In this document: positions 29,587 to 41,108 of the stretch, piece after piece
How the letters are laid out: every line of letters starts with the position of its first letter
Position numbering within the stretch: the first letter of the stretch is position 1
Assembly (NCBI GenBank): GCA_013416795.1
Contig: RQSC01000014.1
Span: 1 to 56,878, forward strand
Reading direction: 5' to 3'
DNA: 56,878 nt
Source: Prasinococcaceae sp. CCMP 1430
Taxonomy: Eukaryota > Plantae > Prasinodermophyta
Notes under the pieces: generated by a model
What the model was told of the DNA's origin: nothing
Seen by the model: the letters and a program-made list of their open reading frames with translations, nothing else
Database searches by the model: none
Position numbers and translations under genes: made by a program

Positions 29587-31536
29587 TTACGCAGGCGCCA
29601 CCGCAGCCACCCCGCCCCCACCTTGGGTCTCCTCCGCCGCCGCGCCGCCATCAGCGCCCGCGCTGACCGCCTCCTCGCCCTTCTCTGACTCGACGACGTC
29701 CGCCAGCGTATGCGTGGCGCCGATCCAGTTGCGCACCACGAAGCAGTACACCACCACGATGGCGGGCAAGGCGCCGGAGAGGGACCCGAGGAGGATGAGC
29801 AAGCCCTGCTGCAGCATGCTGCCGCCGCTCTTGCCAAACTGTGCGCCGACCACGTCGATGGCCGCTTTACCCTTGGTGCGGCTCTCCGAGTCGAGACCGA
29901 TGTACACCATCTCCTCAGCAGGTTTGAAGAGCGCGAACTTGGCCGCGCGCAGGAAGATGTATCCGGCGGCTCCCAGCGCGGTGATGTAGCCCAGCATCTC
30001 CATGGAGCCAAGCGCGGGCACAGCGCGCCCGAGCCAGCCTGCCGGATCGGCGTGCACGGCGTGCCATCCCGCGCTTAGCAGCAGGAAAGCCGCGCCGCAC
30101 CACATCATGAACATCGGCGTCACCAGCGCGGCCACGCGCCAGCCCATGCGCGTGAAGATGATCGGCGACAGCACCATGAGCAGCGCCGTGCACGCGCCCG
30201 TCGCGCTCGAGATGTCGCCCATCACGCGACTGAAGTCCTCGGGGTTGGGGAACATCATGTGCAGGTGGCCCTTCACGCTCACCTGAAGCAGCGCGTACGC
30301 GATGCCCTGGCCCACAGCCAGCACTGCCAAGCAGCGCAGCTCGACCTTCTGCGCCAGCACGGCCAGGCTGTCCTTGAGGCTGAGCTTTTCCTTCTCCTTC
30401 GGCTCCTCCTCGTCGCCGGCCGTCGCCGGCTCGCTTCCGGCGGGTTTCGTGGTCTCCGCGGGAATAAGCGCATCTCCCGCCGCCTCCTCGACCTCCTCCA
30501 GGCGCGCCGTCGTGGCGGGCACCTTGACGGGTGTCTGCAGGCGGCACGCCTGCCGCGTGCTGACATACCTGTGGAGGGCCATCGCGCCCACGCCCGCGAC
30601 CAGCACGCTCGCCATAAGGATGGAGAGCTGCGAGGACCACTCGACGCCGGCGCTGGACAGGTGGCGCAACTCGTAGCCCGCGAGCATGACGCTCAGGTTG
30701 GCGCCCACGCCGAAGAGCGGGTAGAGCACCTCTGCCTCGCGGATGGAGCACAGCTCGTTGGCCATTCCCCAGAAGAGCAGCGATATGCACACGTCGCCCC
30801 ACAGCTCGGCCATGACGTAGAACAGGCTGTAGGTCCAGTTGCGCACGACGGCGATGAGGCCGCTGAAGCCCGCGGGCAGCACCGTAAGCAGGTAGTCCGC
30901 GAAGCCGTGCGGGTGCAGCACCGTCGCTGTGTACGGGTACACAAAGGCGAACGCTGCGAAGAACGCCGTGAAGGAGCCTACGATTGTGTAGAAGAGCTTC
31001 TCTCGCGACATGCGGCTGCTCAGGTAGGCGAACACCACCAGGAACACCACGCTGGCGGGGAGCACGCCGTACACCGTCAGGAAGGGGATCACGTCCGCAC
31101 CGCCGCCCAGCGCGGTGATGACTAACGTGTCCTTCGTGTTGTCCACGATGGTGTTGGCGAACGCCAGGAAGAAGAAGCAGCAGGACAGCGGGATGAACTT
31201 GCCCCACATGCCGGAGAGCTCGGCGAGGAGGTTCTTGTTTGGTTTTTGGCTGGCGTCCGGTGTCGCGACGGGCTCAGCCGAAGAGGAGGGCTGCGTGTCG
31301 TCTGCCCCACTGCCGCTGCCGCCAGCAGCCGCGGCGGGCGGCGCCGCGCGCCCCCTGCGTAGCCTCCTCGCCCTGCCCAGAGCGTCGGGAGCGGGCTGGG
31401 GCATGGCCCGTCGACGCGCGGCCGGCCCCGCGAAGCGTCCTCCATGGACCTCCGCCGAGTGTCCTGTTTGCGCCGCCGCCGCAGCAGCCACCGCTCCGCC
31501 GGGGCACCCAGCCCTCGGCCGCACGCGGCGCAGCGC
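29587..31536 (-). CDS. NTT: Plastid ATP/ADP antiporter (TLC/NTT family); start at ATG 31404 or within the gap
   Basis: KFIPL..FF..F..TI...TKDTLVIT, AD.IPFL, RNWTYSLFYVMAELWG.V..SLLFWG.AN, YPLFG.GAN, KFALFKPAEEMVYI.LD.E..TKGKAAIDVV...GKSGG. Confidence 0.95.
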   Translation of the reverse strand, partial: ALRRVRPRAGCPGGAVAAAAAAQTGHSAEVHGGRFAGPAARRRAMPQPAPDALGRARRLRRGRAAPPAAAAGGSGSGADDTQPSSSAEPVATPDASQKPNKNLLAELSGMWGKFIPLSCCFFFLAFANTIVDNTKDTLVITALGGGADVIPFLTVYGVLPASVVFLVVFAYLSSRMSREKLFYTIVGSFTAFFAAFAFVYPYTATVLHPHGFADYLLTVLPAGFSGLIAVVRNWTYSLFYVMAELWGDVCISLLFWGMANELCSIREAEVLYPLFGVGANLSVMLAGYELRHLSSAGVEWSSQLSILMASVLVAGVGAMALHRYVSTRQACRLQTPVKVPATTARLEEVEEAAGDALIPAETTKPAGSEPATAGDEEEPKEKEKLSLKDSLAVLAQKVELRCLAVLAVGQGIAYALLQVSVKGHLHMMFPNPEDFSRVMGDISSATGACTALLMVLSPIIFTRMGWRVAALVTPMFMMWCGAAFLLLSAGWHAVHADPAGWLGRAVPALGSMEMLGYITALGAAGYIFLRAAKFALFKPAEEMVYIGLDSESRTKGKAAIDVVGAQFGKSGGSMLQQGLLILLGSLSGALPAIVVVYCFVVRNWIGATHTLADVVESEKGEEAVSAGADGGAAAEETQGGGGVAAVAPA

Positions 31537-32119
31537 NNNNNNNNNNNNNNNNNNNNNNNNNNNNNNNNNNNNNNNNNNNNNNNNNNNNNNNNNNNNNNNN
31601 NNNNNNNNNNNNNNNNNNNNNNNNNNNNNNNNNNNNNNNNNNNNNNNNNNNNNNNNNNNNNNNNNNNNNNNNNNNNNNNNNNNNNNNNNNNNNNNNNNNN
31701 NNNNNNNNNNNNNNNNNNNNNNNNNNNNNNNNNNNNNNNNNNNNNNNNNNNNNNNNNNNNNNNNNNNNNNNNNNNNNNNNNNNNNNNNNNNNNNNNNNNN
31801 NNNNNNNNNNNNNNNNNNNNNNNNNNNNNNNNNNNNNNNNNNNNNNNNNNNNNNNNNNNNNNNNNNNNNNNNNNNNNNNNNNNNNNNNNNNNNNNNNNNN
31901 NNNNNNNNNNNNNNNNNNNNNNNNNNNNNNNNNNNNNNNNNNNNNNNNNNNNNNNNNNNNNNNNNNNNNNNNNNNNNNNNNNNNNNNNNNNNNNNNNNNN
32001 NNNNNNNNNNNNNNNNNNNNNNNNNNNNNNNNNNNNNNNNNNNNNNNNNNNNNNNNNNNNNNNNNNNNNNNNNNNNNNNNNNNNNNNNNNNNNNNNNNNN
32101 NNNNNNNNNNNNNNNNNNN
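31537..32119. other. Assembly gap (N)
   Basis: Run of N. Confidence 1.
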
Positions 32120-32675
32120 CGCGGCGGCCGCGGAGCGCGCCGAGGGGGGCTCGCGAAGGGAGGCGCTCGCCGCGGCGGCGCTTGCGGCGCTCGTGGCTGC
32201 ACCGCCGCCACCCGCGTCTGCGCTCGGCTTCAAGAAGCAGCTCAGGAAGAAGGGCATCGACGCCGTGCCGCTCGACAAGTACTCCGAGGTGTCCGGCTCC
32301 CCGGGCCTGCTGTACTACGACCGCACGCCTGGCACGGGCGAGCCCGTCAAGGTGGGAGAGCGCGTTGCGGTGCACTTTGATGTCAAGCTCGGCCGACTCA
32401 CATGCTTCAGCTCGCGCATTGGCAGCGGCGTGACGGGCGGCGTTCCGTACGGATTTGACGTGGGCACCAGCAACCTCGGCCTGGTTCTCAAGGCGCTCGA
32501 CCTCGGCACCGAGGGCATGCGCGTCGGAGGCCAGCGCACACTGCGCGTGCCCGCGGAGTACGCATACGGCGACAAGGGCTACGGCGAGATTCCGCCGGGC
32601 GCGACGACTACCATCGACATCGAGCTGCTCAGCGTCAAGGTCAATCCCCTCACCAGGCAGAGGACGGGCTCGTAG
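32120..32675 (+). CDS. FKBP16-4: Thylakoid-lumen FKBP-type PPIase, FKBP16-4-like; 5' end in gap
   Basis: SRREALAAAAL...ASA TAT signal; GERVAVHF, SSRIGSGVTGGVPYGFDVG, LKALDLGTEGMRVGGQR, AYG.KG..EIPPGAT..IDIELLSVK. Confidence 0.85.
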
Positions 32676-32986
32676 GCGATGGCAGGCGATGGGCAGTGGT
32701 CCGCGCGGCGACCACCCCCAGCCCGATCCCTTGGCCATCTTCCTCGACTCCGAAGCCTTTCAAAGGACTCATCGCCCGGAGCCCGAGCTGCGCGCGTAGC
32801 GCTCCAGGCGCGTTGCTGGGCGTAACGACTTTTTTGTGCGACCGAGCGCACGCGCCTGCTGCAGGGTCTGTCTCAGCGCGCTGTGGCTCCTTCGTCTCCA
32901 AGCTTCCTCTCGCGCTCGTGCGATGCCAGTGCGTGCGCAAACGGCGCCGTCCCATGATACTGTACAATATTTACACAGAAAGGGCG

Positions 32987-34535
32987 TCAATGCCCCCCAT
33001 CGTAGCCGTCGTCGTGGTCGCTGTCCGGCCCGGACGCTCCCCGCGTGCGTCCTCCCGCTCTTGCCGCTATGGCCCTCGCCATTTCGTCGATGCTCTCCCC
33101 CGCGTTTGCGTCGAAGAGGCCGTCCTCGAGCGCCGCTTCCGCTGGATCGTCCGTCTGCGCGCTCAGTCCGTGGATCTGGTCGAAGCGCTCAAGCTCGATG
33201 CCCGCCATCGCGTAGCCATTACACTTGTCGATCGTGCGGACCAGCCTGCAAGCACGGGGGTGCAGCGCACGGCACGCCCGTCGGCGCGCAGCGTCAGCGA
33301 CACGGCGACGTCGCGCGCGCGCGCGTACAGCGCGCGCGAAGCGCGTCTTTCACCCTCCATGCGCATGCCATTTGACTGACCTCTTGACGCTCTTGGCGTT
33401 TTCCACGTGCAGGGTCGCGAAGCTGACCAGGCTGAAGTCCTCAACCACCTCGCACAGGGCGTCAGTGAGGCGCGCGTGTGAGCGGCTGAAGGGGTCATCT
33501 GCGCCCGCCAGGGCGCCACGCACGAAATCCATGCCGCTCGGGCCGGTATACTCGGCGACGGTCGCCTCTGGGTCACCATCTACGGCGCGGACAGTGCGCA
33601 CGCGCGCGCGCAGCAGTCAGCAAAGGGCGGGCTCGCGAAAGGACGCATGGGCAATGGCCGGCGAGAGAGGGCGCGAACTTTGCGGGCCGGGCGGCGAGGG
33701 CCCCAGGCGCGCGCTCGGAGCCGCGCCTGGGCGCGTACGCGAACCTGGTACGTGTTTAGTGAAGAGATCCATCTTCGTGAGCACATTCACGTGCGGCAGC
33801 TCCAGGTGTAGCATGGCGGTGAGGCTGAGCACCACGGCCGACAGATACTTGTGCGGGTCGGCGCACACGTGGGAATCGACGAGGTGCACTGCGGCCGCAC
33901 GGAATCCCCAGTCGTTCACGACCGTGCGAGCGATGCGCTGCACGGACCCGTGACAGCTGAAGAGCTCGGCCTGACCGGGAAAGTCGAATAGAACGTACGT
34001 ACTCTCTCCCAGCGGCGCCAAACGTTCCTGGGCGGAAGGAGGCGCGTGCGCGCGCGGCGGCGCCGTCAGGCGGGATACCGGCCGTGCGTTCGAGGCGCCG
34101 TGTCAGCACGGCTCTGCGGCGATCGGCGCGTGGGCATGCGCGCAGTGCACCGCGAAAGCGCAAACGTGGGGGGATGCCAACGGCGGGCGCGTGGGACTTC
34201 TGTGCCGGGAACGGCGGCACAGCAGCACGGCAGGCCGGTGCTGCACATCTTTGCGGCGCGTTGCGAACCTTGAGCCATTCGAGATTCTTCTCGAGTGTTT
34301 CCATGCAGTAGAGCAGACCCCCGTTGGGCCCCAGGCCCAGCTCCTCCATGACAACCGGCAGCGACACGAGGTCACCCACGTCGATCTGCGCCTCATAGGG
34401 CGCGTCCTCGTTGCCCGGGTCGAGGTTCACCACAGCGCATGGCCGTCCGCACAGCGCGAAGAACTGCTGCAGGCCGCGGCAATACGTGCTCTTGCCGCTG
34501 CCCGGCGGGCCGCACACGAGCTGGCAGAACGGCAT
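32987..34535 (-). CDS. GPN2: GPN-loop GTPase 2; exons 34535-34269, 34027-33745, 33579-33381, 33245-32987
   Basis: [84 protein letters not shown]; three GT-AG introns restore the frame; TGTAA at 32975-32971. Confidence 0.92.
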
Positions 34536-34703
34536 GGCGCGCGCCCGGTCCCTCCCCTCCGCTCCACTCCCCCTGGCCCGCGCGGCGAGGGCGCGGCGCG
34601 CGCCCGTGCCGCAGTGCCGCCGCGCGCACGGGTGCAGCCGAGCGTGCGCACAGGCGAGATGCGGCCTGGCTGGGCGGTTCCGACCGCATCGGCCGCGGGC
34701 TTA

Positions 34704-34726
34704 TTAGGGTTACAACAGTAGGGTTT
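34704..34726. promoter_or_regulatory. Telo-box-like pair between divergent GPN2 and carotenoid oxygenase
   Basis: TTAGGGTT 34704-34711 and TAGGGTTT 34719-34726. Confidence 0.45.
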
Positions 34727-34763
34727 GATCTCGGCGGTGCGCACGAGCGCGCGCGATCCGCTC

Positions 34764-36697
34764 ATGCGCCAGTGCGCGCGCGCGCGCGCCGCACGCGCGG
34801 GAGCGCGGCGCGGCGCCCACCGCTGCTGCAGCCGCGGCCGCAGCAGCAGCCGCGCGCGTTGTGCGCGTCGACGACGCAAGTGTGGTGCGCGTGGAGCAGG
34901 TGGGCTACGAGGGGCGCCCCGCCGACGACACTATGGTGGCGGACATGGTTGCAGGCTATGGCTGCGCCAATGGCGAGGAGGTGGACCACGCGGTGGACGA
35001 GCGCGTGCACGTCGTGCGCGGTGCCATCCCGCGCGAGCTCTGCGGCACTTGGTACCACAACGGGCCTGGGCGGATGGAGCGCGGCGGCGTGGTGCTCTCG
35101 CAGCCTTTCGACGGCGATGGTCTCATCACGGCGCTAAGCCTTCGCGATGGCCGCGCCCACTTTCGGAGCCGCTTTGTTCAGACGCGCGCCTACATCGAGG
35201 AAGAGCGTGAGGGCCGCTGGCTGTACCGCGGCGCGTTCGCCAGCGGCAACCCAAGCGGCGGGCTGTTCTTCAACCCCTTTGATTTCTCGGCAAAAAATGT
35301 CAGCAATACCGGCCTGCTGCCGTGGCGCGCTGGAGGGGAGCTGCTTTCCCTACACGAAGCGGGATTGCCGCACCGTGTCGACGGCCGTACACTCCGAACA
35401 CTCGGCGGTGAGACCGACCTCGGCGGCGTTGTCGAAGGTGGCGTGCTCGCCGCCCACCCGCGCACCACGCATGACCGAATCATCAACTTCTCCGCGGAGC
35501 AGGGGCAGGGTGAGGGGAGGCTCACTTTCTACGAGTGGGAGAGGAGGCGAGCCTCAGACGATGCGCCTGCGGCTAGCGCCGCCGCTCCCACCACGGCCAT
35601 CCCCGACCCTGACCCTGAGCCCGCGCTCCTTTCCAAGGTGAGCTTCGGAGGCGTTGCCGGCCTCGGGTTCTACCACGATCACGCGATCACATCAAAGTAC
35701 TACTGCGTGGTTGAAAATCCCACCTCAATCGACACGCGGCGCCTGCTCCTCGAGTACATGATCGGCCGATGCTCCATAGCAGAGACCATCGCCTTCGATG
35801 AGGAGAGGCCCATGGTGCTCCACCTCCTGCCGAGGCCAGGGCGGCCAGGTGGAGAGGCGGGCGCGGAGGGGCCGGGGGCGGCGCAGCGCCTGCGCTTCGA
35901 CATCGGCCCGGGGTTCGTCTTCCACCTTATCAATGCCTTCGATGTGGCTCCCGACGCCACCTCGGGCATGCCCGAGGGTGGTGTGGTCGTTGATGCGGTG
36001 CTCTGGCGGCGCGTGGACTTCGGGCGCACCGCACAGCTCGATCGCGTCGGGCCGGAAGACTACGTCGACGGTGACCGGCCGATGGCCGAGCGCATTGTCA
36101 TCGACTTCGCGACGGGCGAGGTCCGGCGGCGGGTGCTCACTGATCGGGCCGTCGAATTCGGCGATGTGGCGCGCGAGGGTGAGCCCTGCGCCCACGCGTA
36201 CCTCGCGGCGGGCTGCTACGGCCACCCAAACGAATGGGGGCCAGCCATGGGAGTCATGAAGCTCACGCCGGGCGGGTACACAAGCGAGGGCGACGAAGCC
36301 GAGGCGGAGGTCTCGCACTGCCTAGTGCGGGCGATGGGCGCGCGGCGACTCGTGAATGAGCCCCTCTTCGTGCCACGCGATAATGCGACTGCGGAAGATG
36401 ACGGGTGGCTGTTGGTACAGGTGTACGATGCGGAGGAGCATGGCCGGCCGAGGGTGCGTGTGCGCGTGCTCGTGAGTGAGCGTGCTCAAAAGCGCGGCGC
36501 TTCAGTGTGCGTGCGCTCGTGCTGACGCGTTTGGCCTCGCTCGAACGCGCGCGCGCACACAGCTGGTCATTCTCGACGCCAAAGACCTCAGCGAGCTCGC
36601 GGAGATAGCTCTGGATAGGCACGTGCCATTCAGGCTGCACGGTTGCTTCGTTCCACATCAGCTCATGGAAGACGACGAAGGGAAGCCGGTGGTCTGA
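34764..36697 (+). CDS. Carotenoid/apocarotenoid cleavage oxygenase (RPE65 family, cyanobacterial ACO-like); intron 36454-36562; start uncertain
   Basis: NGPG, PFDGDG, FRSRFVQT, KNVSNT, EAGLPH, EPLFVP; four Fe-ligand His candidates (AHP, YHD, FHL, LHG). Evident frame from 34861; the ATG at 34764 is out of frame across a (GC)n run. Confidence 0.9.
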
Positions 36698-36989
36698 GGA
36701 AATTTTAATGCGATTCATTCATACTCTCACCTGAAGCTCCGCAGGGCACAGGGGGCGGAGAGCTCAGCGGCGGCGATGCACGCCACGTGGGGAGCGCTGC
36801 CGTCGGCCCGCGGCGACGCGCGGCGCGTGCGGCATCGGCCCTCCACACCGCTCGTTGCGTGCGCCGAACGCATGTGGTGTGGCGAGCTGCCCGTTCGAAA
36901 ATCAGCGGTGCGCAGTCGCGGCGTCAAAGTTGCGCACACTGCGCGGTGCCAGTCCTTGCGGCGGCGCGCGGTCTGGGCAGGCGGGCAGA

Positions 36990-37764
36990 ATGCACATCGA
37001 GAGCATCACCCCAGCTCAGGCGCGCGCGGCGCTCGATGCGTACCCCAAGGCAGTTGCTACTGCTCACGCTGCCGACGCACGCCGCAAGAAGGTGCGGCGC
37101 CGACGCCGCGCGGCCATGAAAAGCTGGCGCGATCGCCCCGACGCGCCCGCGCATCCGTGCTGTGCACTCACGCGAAGGCATGCCCCGCTCTCTTCCTCCG
37201 CAGGCCGGCCTGAAGACTCTGGACGCCTGGTGGCGCGGCGAGGGACGAGATGGCGCGCGCGCGCGCGGGCACGTGACCAAATCTGATCTGGTGCAGCTCG
37301 TCCAGTGGAAGCTTGCGCGCGGCAAGCAGCGGCCGCTGCTTGGCTATGCGAAGGCGCAGGATCCCAAGGCTGTGGTCGCCGCGTCCACGCCCGTCTTCGA
37401 CGAGGGTGCCACCCTCGACGGCGCGATGGACTCGCTCGTGGGACTGCGCGGCGTTGGGCCGGCAACGGCGTCGGCGGTCCTGTCGTGGGCGAGAGACGAC
37501 TGGCCTTTCATGAGCGACGAGAGCTTGCTCGCCACGGGGGAGCGGACATACACCAAGAAGCGATACGAGGACCTCGTGCAGCAGCTCGGCGCGGCGGGGA
37601 AGCGGTGGGGCTGCTCGGCGGCGGACGCCGAGAAGGTGTGCTACTCGCTCGCCAATGGTGGCGGTGGGGCACCGGCGGGCGGCGCAACCGATGGCGAGGG
37701 AAGCAAGCGCGCCGCCCCGGCGACTGGCGCCCGCAGCGGCGGGGCGAAGCGAGCCAGACAGTGA
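36990..37764 (+). CDS. Amun-like HhH (DNA-glycosylase-fold) protein; exons 36990-37091, 37204-37764
   Basis: LDAWW, TKSDLVQLVQWKLARGKQRP, LVGLRGVGPATASAVL (HhH), PFMSDE; phase-0 GT-AG intron. Confidence 0.7.
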
Positions 37765-37983
37765 GGAGGTGGCCGCGCCGACGGCCAGTCGCGCGTGCGC
37801 GAGAGAGACAGAGACAGAGAGCGCCGTGCGGTTGCGGATGCACCCTGCTGTATTTTACATATGATAGCACGCCCGTTTCGCGCGCGACGGTCTGGGCGCG
37901 TCATCCTGCTCTGGTTCGATGCTGGCGAGGCGCGAGCGTACCACTTGCTAAGCCTCCTTCGCTCTTCTTTAGTTCGCTGGAGT

Positions 37984-39568
37984 CTAGTTGTAGTAAGCGT
38001 CGTCGTCCTCCGCTCCCGCCAAGCGGGCATAGGCTGCGGGCAGACTCGGCCCTGGTCGAGCGTACAAGACGTGCCAGATGGTACGCGCTACGTGCGCGAG
38101 CATGAGTCCGTGCAGCGCCCACATGACGTACGCCGGCGTGCCGCTCAGCGAGCGCGTGTGGGGTAGAAGGTATCGAAGTGCGCCGTCGATAGAGCGGGCC
38201 GCGCGCTCGAGAGCCCCAGCGGCGTGCGCTCGGGCGGCCTGCATCCCACCTGCCTTGATCGCTTCGCCCCTCCTCCGCTGCTTGTCCTTTTCCAGCCTGA
38301 CCTCCTCCTCGATGCGTGCCATCTCGCGCTGCACCATGGGATCACTCAGGTCGAGCCCCATTTTGTCGGCGATTTCTTGGTCGCGTCGCCTCCTCTCCTC
38401 GTCTAAGCGCCTCTTCACGAACGCCATCCGTGGGTCGCGTGGATCGATGCCCAGCTCTTTCGCAATAGCGGCATCCCGAGGCGTTGGCGCGGTGGCCGAA
38501 GCCACCGCTGGCTCATCCCCTCCGGGGGCGCTGGAGGTGCCTGCGGATTGGCTTCCTTCGGATGCTCCCACTCGCTCGCCGCCTTCGTACAGCTCCCCGG
38601 GCCGTTCGAACATGCTGCCAAACGTTTCTCTGTCACGCGTGTTCTGCTCGGCGAGCGAGCGCCGCGCACGCCTCAGGCTCCTCTGCACCTCGAAGTTGTT
38701 GGGCTCGAGCTTAGCGCCGAGCGTCAGCAACCGCGTGGCCTCCTCGAGGTCGTAGCCAGAGCCTAGCATCAAATGTGCCTGAGCGAACCGTCAGGCGCGG
38801 CCATCTGGCGTGTCAGCACCTACGAGTTTGGGGAGCGCGCAAGTGCGCAGGAGCTCGTACACACACAAGCGGCTGCTAGTGCGTGCAGGGCGTATTGCGC
38901 CCAGATCCGTACCTGCGCCCCCCGGTACATGGCTTTGACGTGCGCCGAATTTGCGCGCATGGCCGATCGCGCGCAGTACAGCGCGCCGCGGGCGTCGGTC
39001 TCCTTCAAGCGGCACTGCGCTGCGTTGCACAGAGCGGCACAGAGCGTGTCTACGGCGCGATTCCTGGGCGTAGGCGTGCGCGCGAGCGGGATATGCAGGC
39101 TCGAGTAAGCGTTCGCGTTCGTGAGAGCGTGCACGCGGCTCGGACTGAGGGATTGTGCTGGGTTCGGCGCGGCATGCGATCGCAGACGCACCTCTGCTCC
39201 TCATCCTCGATGTCTGCATAGCTGCGCACGAGCGGCATATCCTCTCCTCGCTGCTCGAACCACGCCCACTCCGCCGCCGAGCGCACGTAGCATGCGAGTG
39301 CGAGCTCGAGATTGCCGTTGCCGAAGGCGTCGTTGCCCTCGCGCTTGAGCGACATCGCGCGCGAATGTCGCTCCTCGAAGCTGTGATCGCCGTCGCCGCT
39401 CGCGCCGCCTGCACCGCCTGAGCGGGGGCGCTTGAGCGTGCCGCCCTTAAACCATTCGGGCGCCTCCTCCCAGAGCTGCCGTCCCGGGCGCTGCTTCAGC
39501 TGCGCGGTCTTGATCTTGCTTGCCTCGCGCATGACTGCACCCATGTCGCCCCCGGGCGCGTCTACCAT
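37984..39568 (-). CDS. TPR-repeat protein; exons 39568-39192, 39063-38913, 38778-37984
   Basis: LKREGNDAF..GNLELALACY, LCNAAQCRLK, ANSAHVKAMYRGAQ|AHL, AKLEPNN; GT-AG introns keep the frame; TGTAA at 37859-37855. Confidence 0.75.
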
Positions 39569-40473
39569 GACGCTTGCCCCGCCAGAACGGGCTCCCGCCC
39601 CCCTCCCACGACTCTCTGTCTCTCTCGCACCCACGCCCACTCCCGAGCCCACGCCCGCGCCTGGCCCGCGCGCGCGCTCTGCCTCCTGCCCCGCCCTCGC
39701 CCCACCGCCCCTCCCCTCCCACACAGGGCCACGCTCCCCCGTCAGCCAGCTCGCTCGCGCCCGCGCCGGCGGGCGCACTCGCGAGCGCACTCGCGCCCCC
39801 GGGCGCAGGCGCTCGGCGGGCGCGGGCTCCGCGCGCTCGCGCGGAGGGGGGAACGCCCACGGGAGAGTTCATTCCGCCTGCTGCGGATCGCGAGTCGCCA
39901 TCCACCGAGCGTCTGTTCAACGATTCGATTGCCAGGCGTGCCGCGACCTTTGACACGCTGACCAAATTGGTATCTCTGAAGGTTTCGATGCAAGGCAGTT
40001 TTCAAGGGGCACGCGGGCCAGGGGGGACGGCGCGTGCCATGGGCGTCGGGCCTGGGGGGGGGAGGGAGGGGCTCTGTGGAGCGAGGGGCAGCGATGCGGC
40101 AGGGGGTCAACGATGGCGTCGAGGCGGAGGGATGCGCGTCCGTCGAACGGCGTGAAGTTTGCCATCACGCGCGCGCGCTCCGCCCCGGGGCGCGGGGTGC
40201 GACGAAGCCGGTTGCAAACTTTTCCGCGCGGGGCGGGCGGCGGGAGGCGCAGCGACGGACGGGCCGCCCGCAGCACGTGCGGGCCCTCCGCTGCGGCGCG
40301 CATGCCCGAGTCAGGTCGCCACGGGCGCACGAGACGTGCCACACGGTGGCTCGAGCGCGCATGCGAGCCGTTTAGGTCGAGTCACCCCCCCGCGAGCGAC
40401 TGCACACTGCCGTCTCCCACCCGCCCTGACCGCAGGACGCACTCGCTTGCGCAGCCGTGGAGGCGGCCCTGTC

Positions 40474-40875
40474 ATGGTAGAGCGCTGCGCCCCCCGCGCG
40501 TGCTGCATCGTTCTTCGCCGCCGCTCACTCTTGGCTGCGGTGATGCTTGCTCTGGCGTACGCCTCAGCCGCTGTCGGTGCGGAACTCGCCCCTGCGCCAC
40601 AGCCCGCAGGCTTGGACGCACTCGGCGACATTGCAATCGACATTGACGCACCGTCCGTCGACGCAGAGGAGGAAGGCGGCACCTTTGATGCCGGCGAAGG
40701 TGCCGAGGTCGGCGTTGCCAGCACGGGCTCCGATACAGGTGCGGGAGGCGTCGGTGGGCCGTGCGACTCCTGCATGCTCGTGTGCGACCTCGTGAGCTTC
40801 CCGGACGCGACTGGGAAAGCCACGTGCATCTCAAATTGCTGCAGCGTGTGCCCGGGCCGCTCCGAGTGCAGCTGA
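40474..40875 (+). CDS. Small secreted protein: signal peptide, acidic spacer, 8-Cys C-terminal domain
   Basis: LLAAVMLALAYASAAVGA signal; Asp/Glu-rich middle; C-x2-C-x3-C-x13-C-x3-CC-x2-C-x5-C. Confidence 0.6.
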   Translation: MVERCAPRACCIVLRRRSLLAAVMLALAYASAAVGAELAPAPQPAGLDALGDIAIDIDAPSVDAEEEGGTFDAGEGAEVGVASTGSDTGAGGVGGPCDSCMLVCDLVSFPDATGKATCISNCCSVCPGRSECS

Positions 40876-41108
40876 AGTGGAGCGATGCTCGTGCAATGGT
40901 GGAGCGACGAAGCGCTCCCACTGGCACCGGGCTTGCGACCCCCACACTTTCGGCCGGCGCATGGCTGTGCCGCGTCGACAGAGCGAGCGAGGGCAGCACA
41001 GCACGTTCCGACCCAGCGCCCACCTCGCGCAAGCGCGTGCGCGTCTCCTCGCTACAGTGCATCGTCGTCCTGGGCAACGAACCCACCTAGTGTGTTAACT
41101 CCCTATTC

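Noticed and set aside
27087-32738. ORFs running through N-gaps, implying PDX1/hydrolase or NTT/FKBP fusions
   Set aside because: The ORF caller reads through Ns; there is no sequence evidence of continuity.
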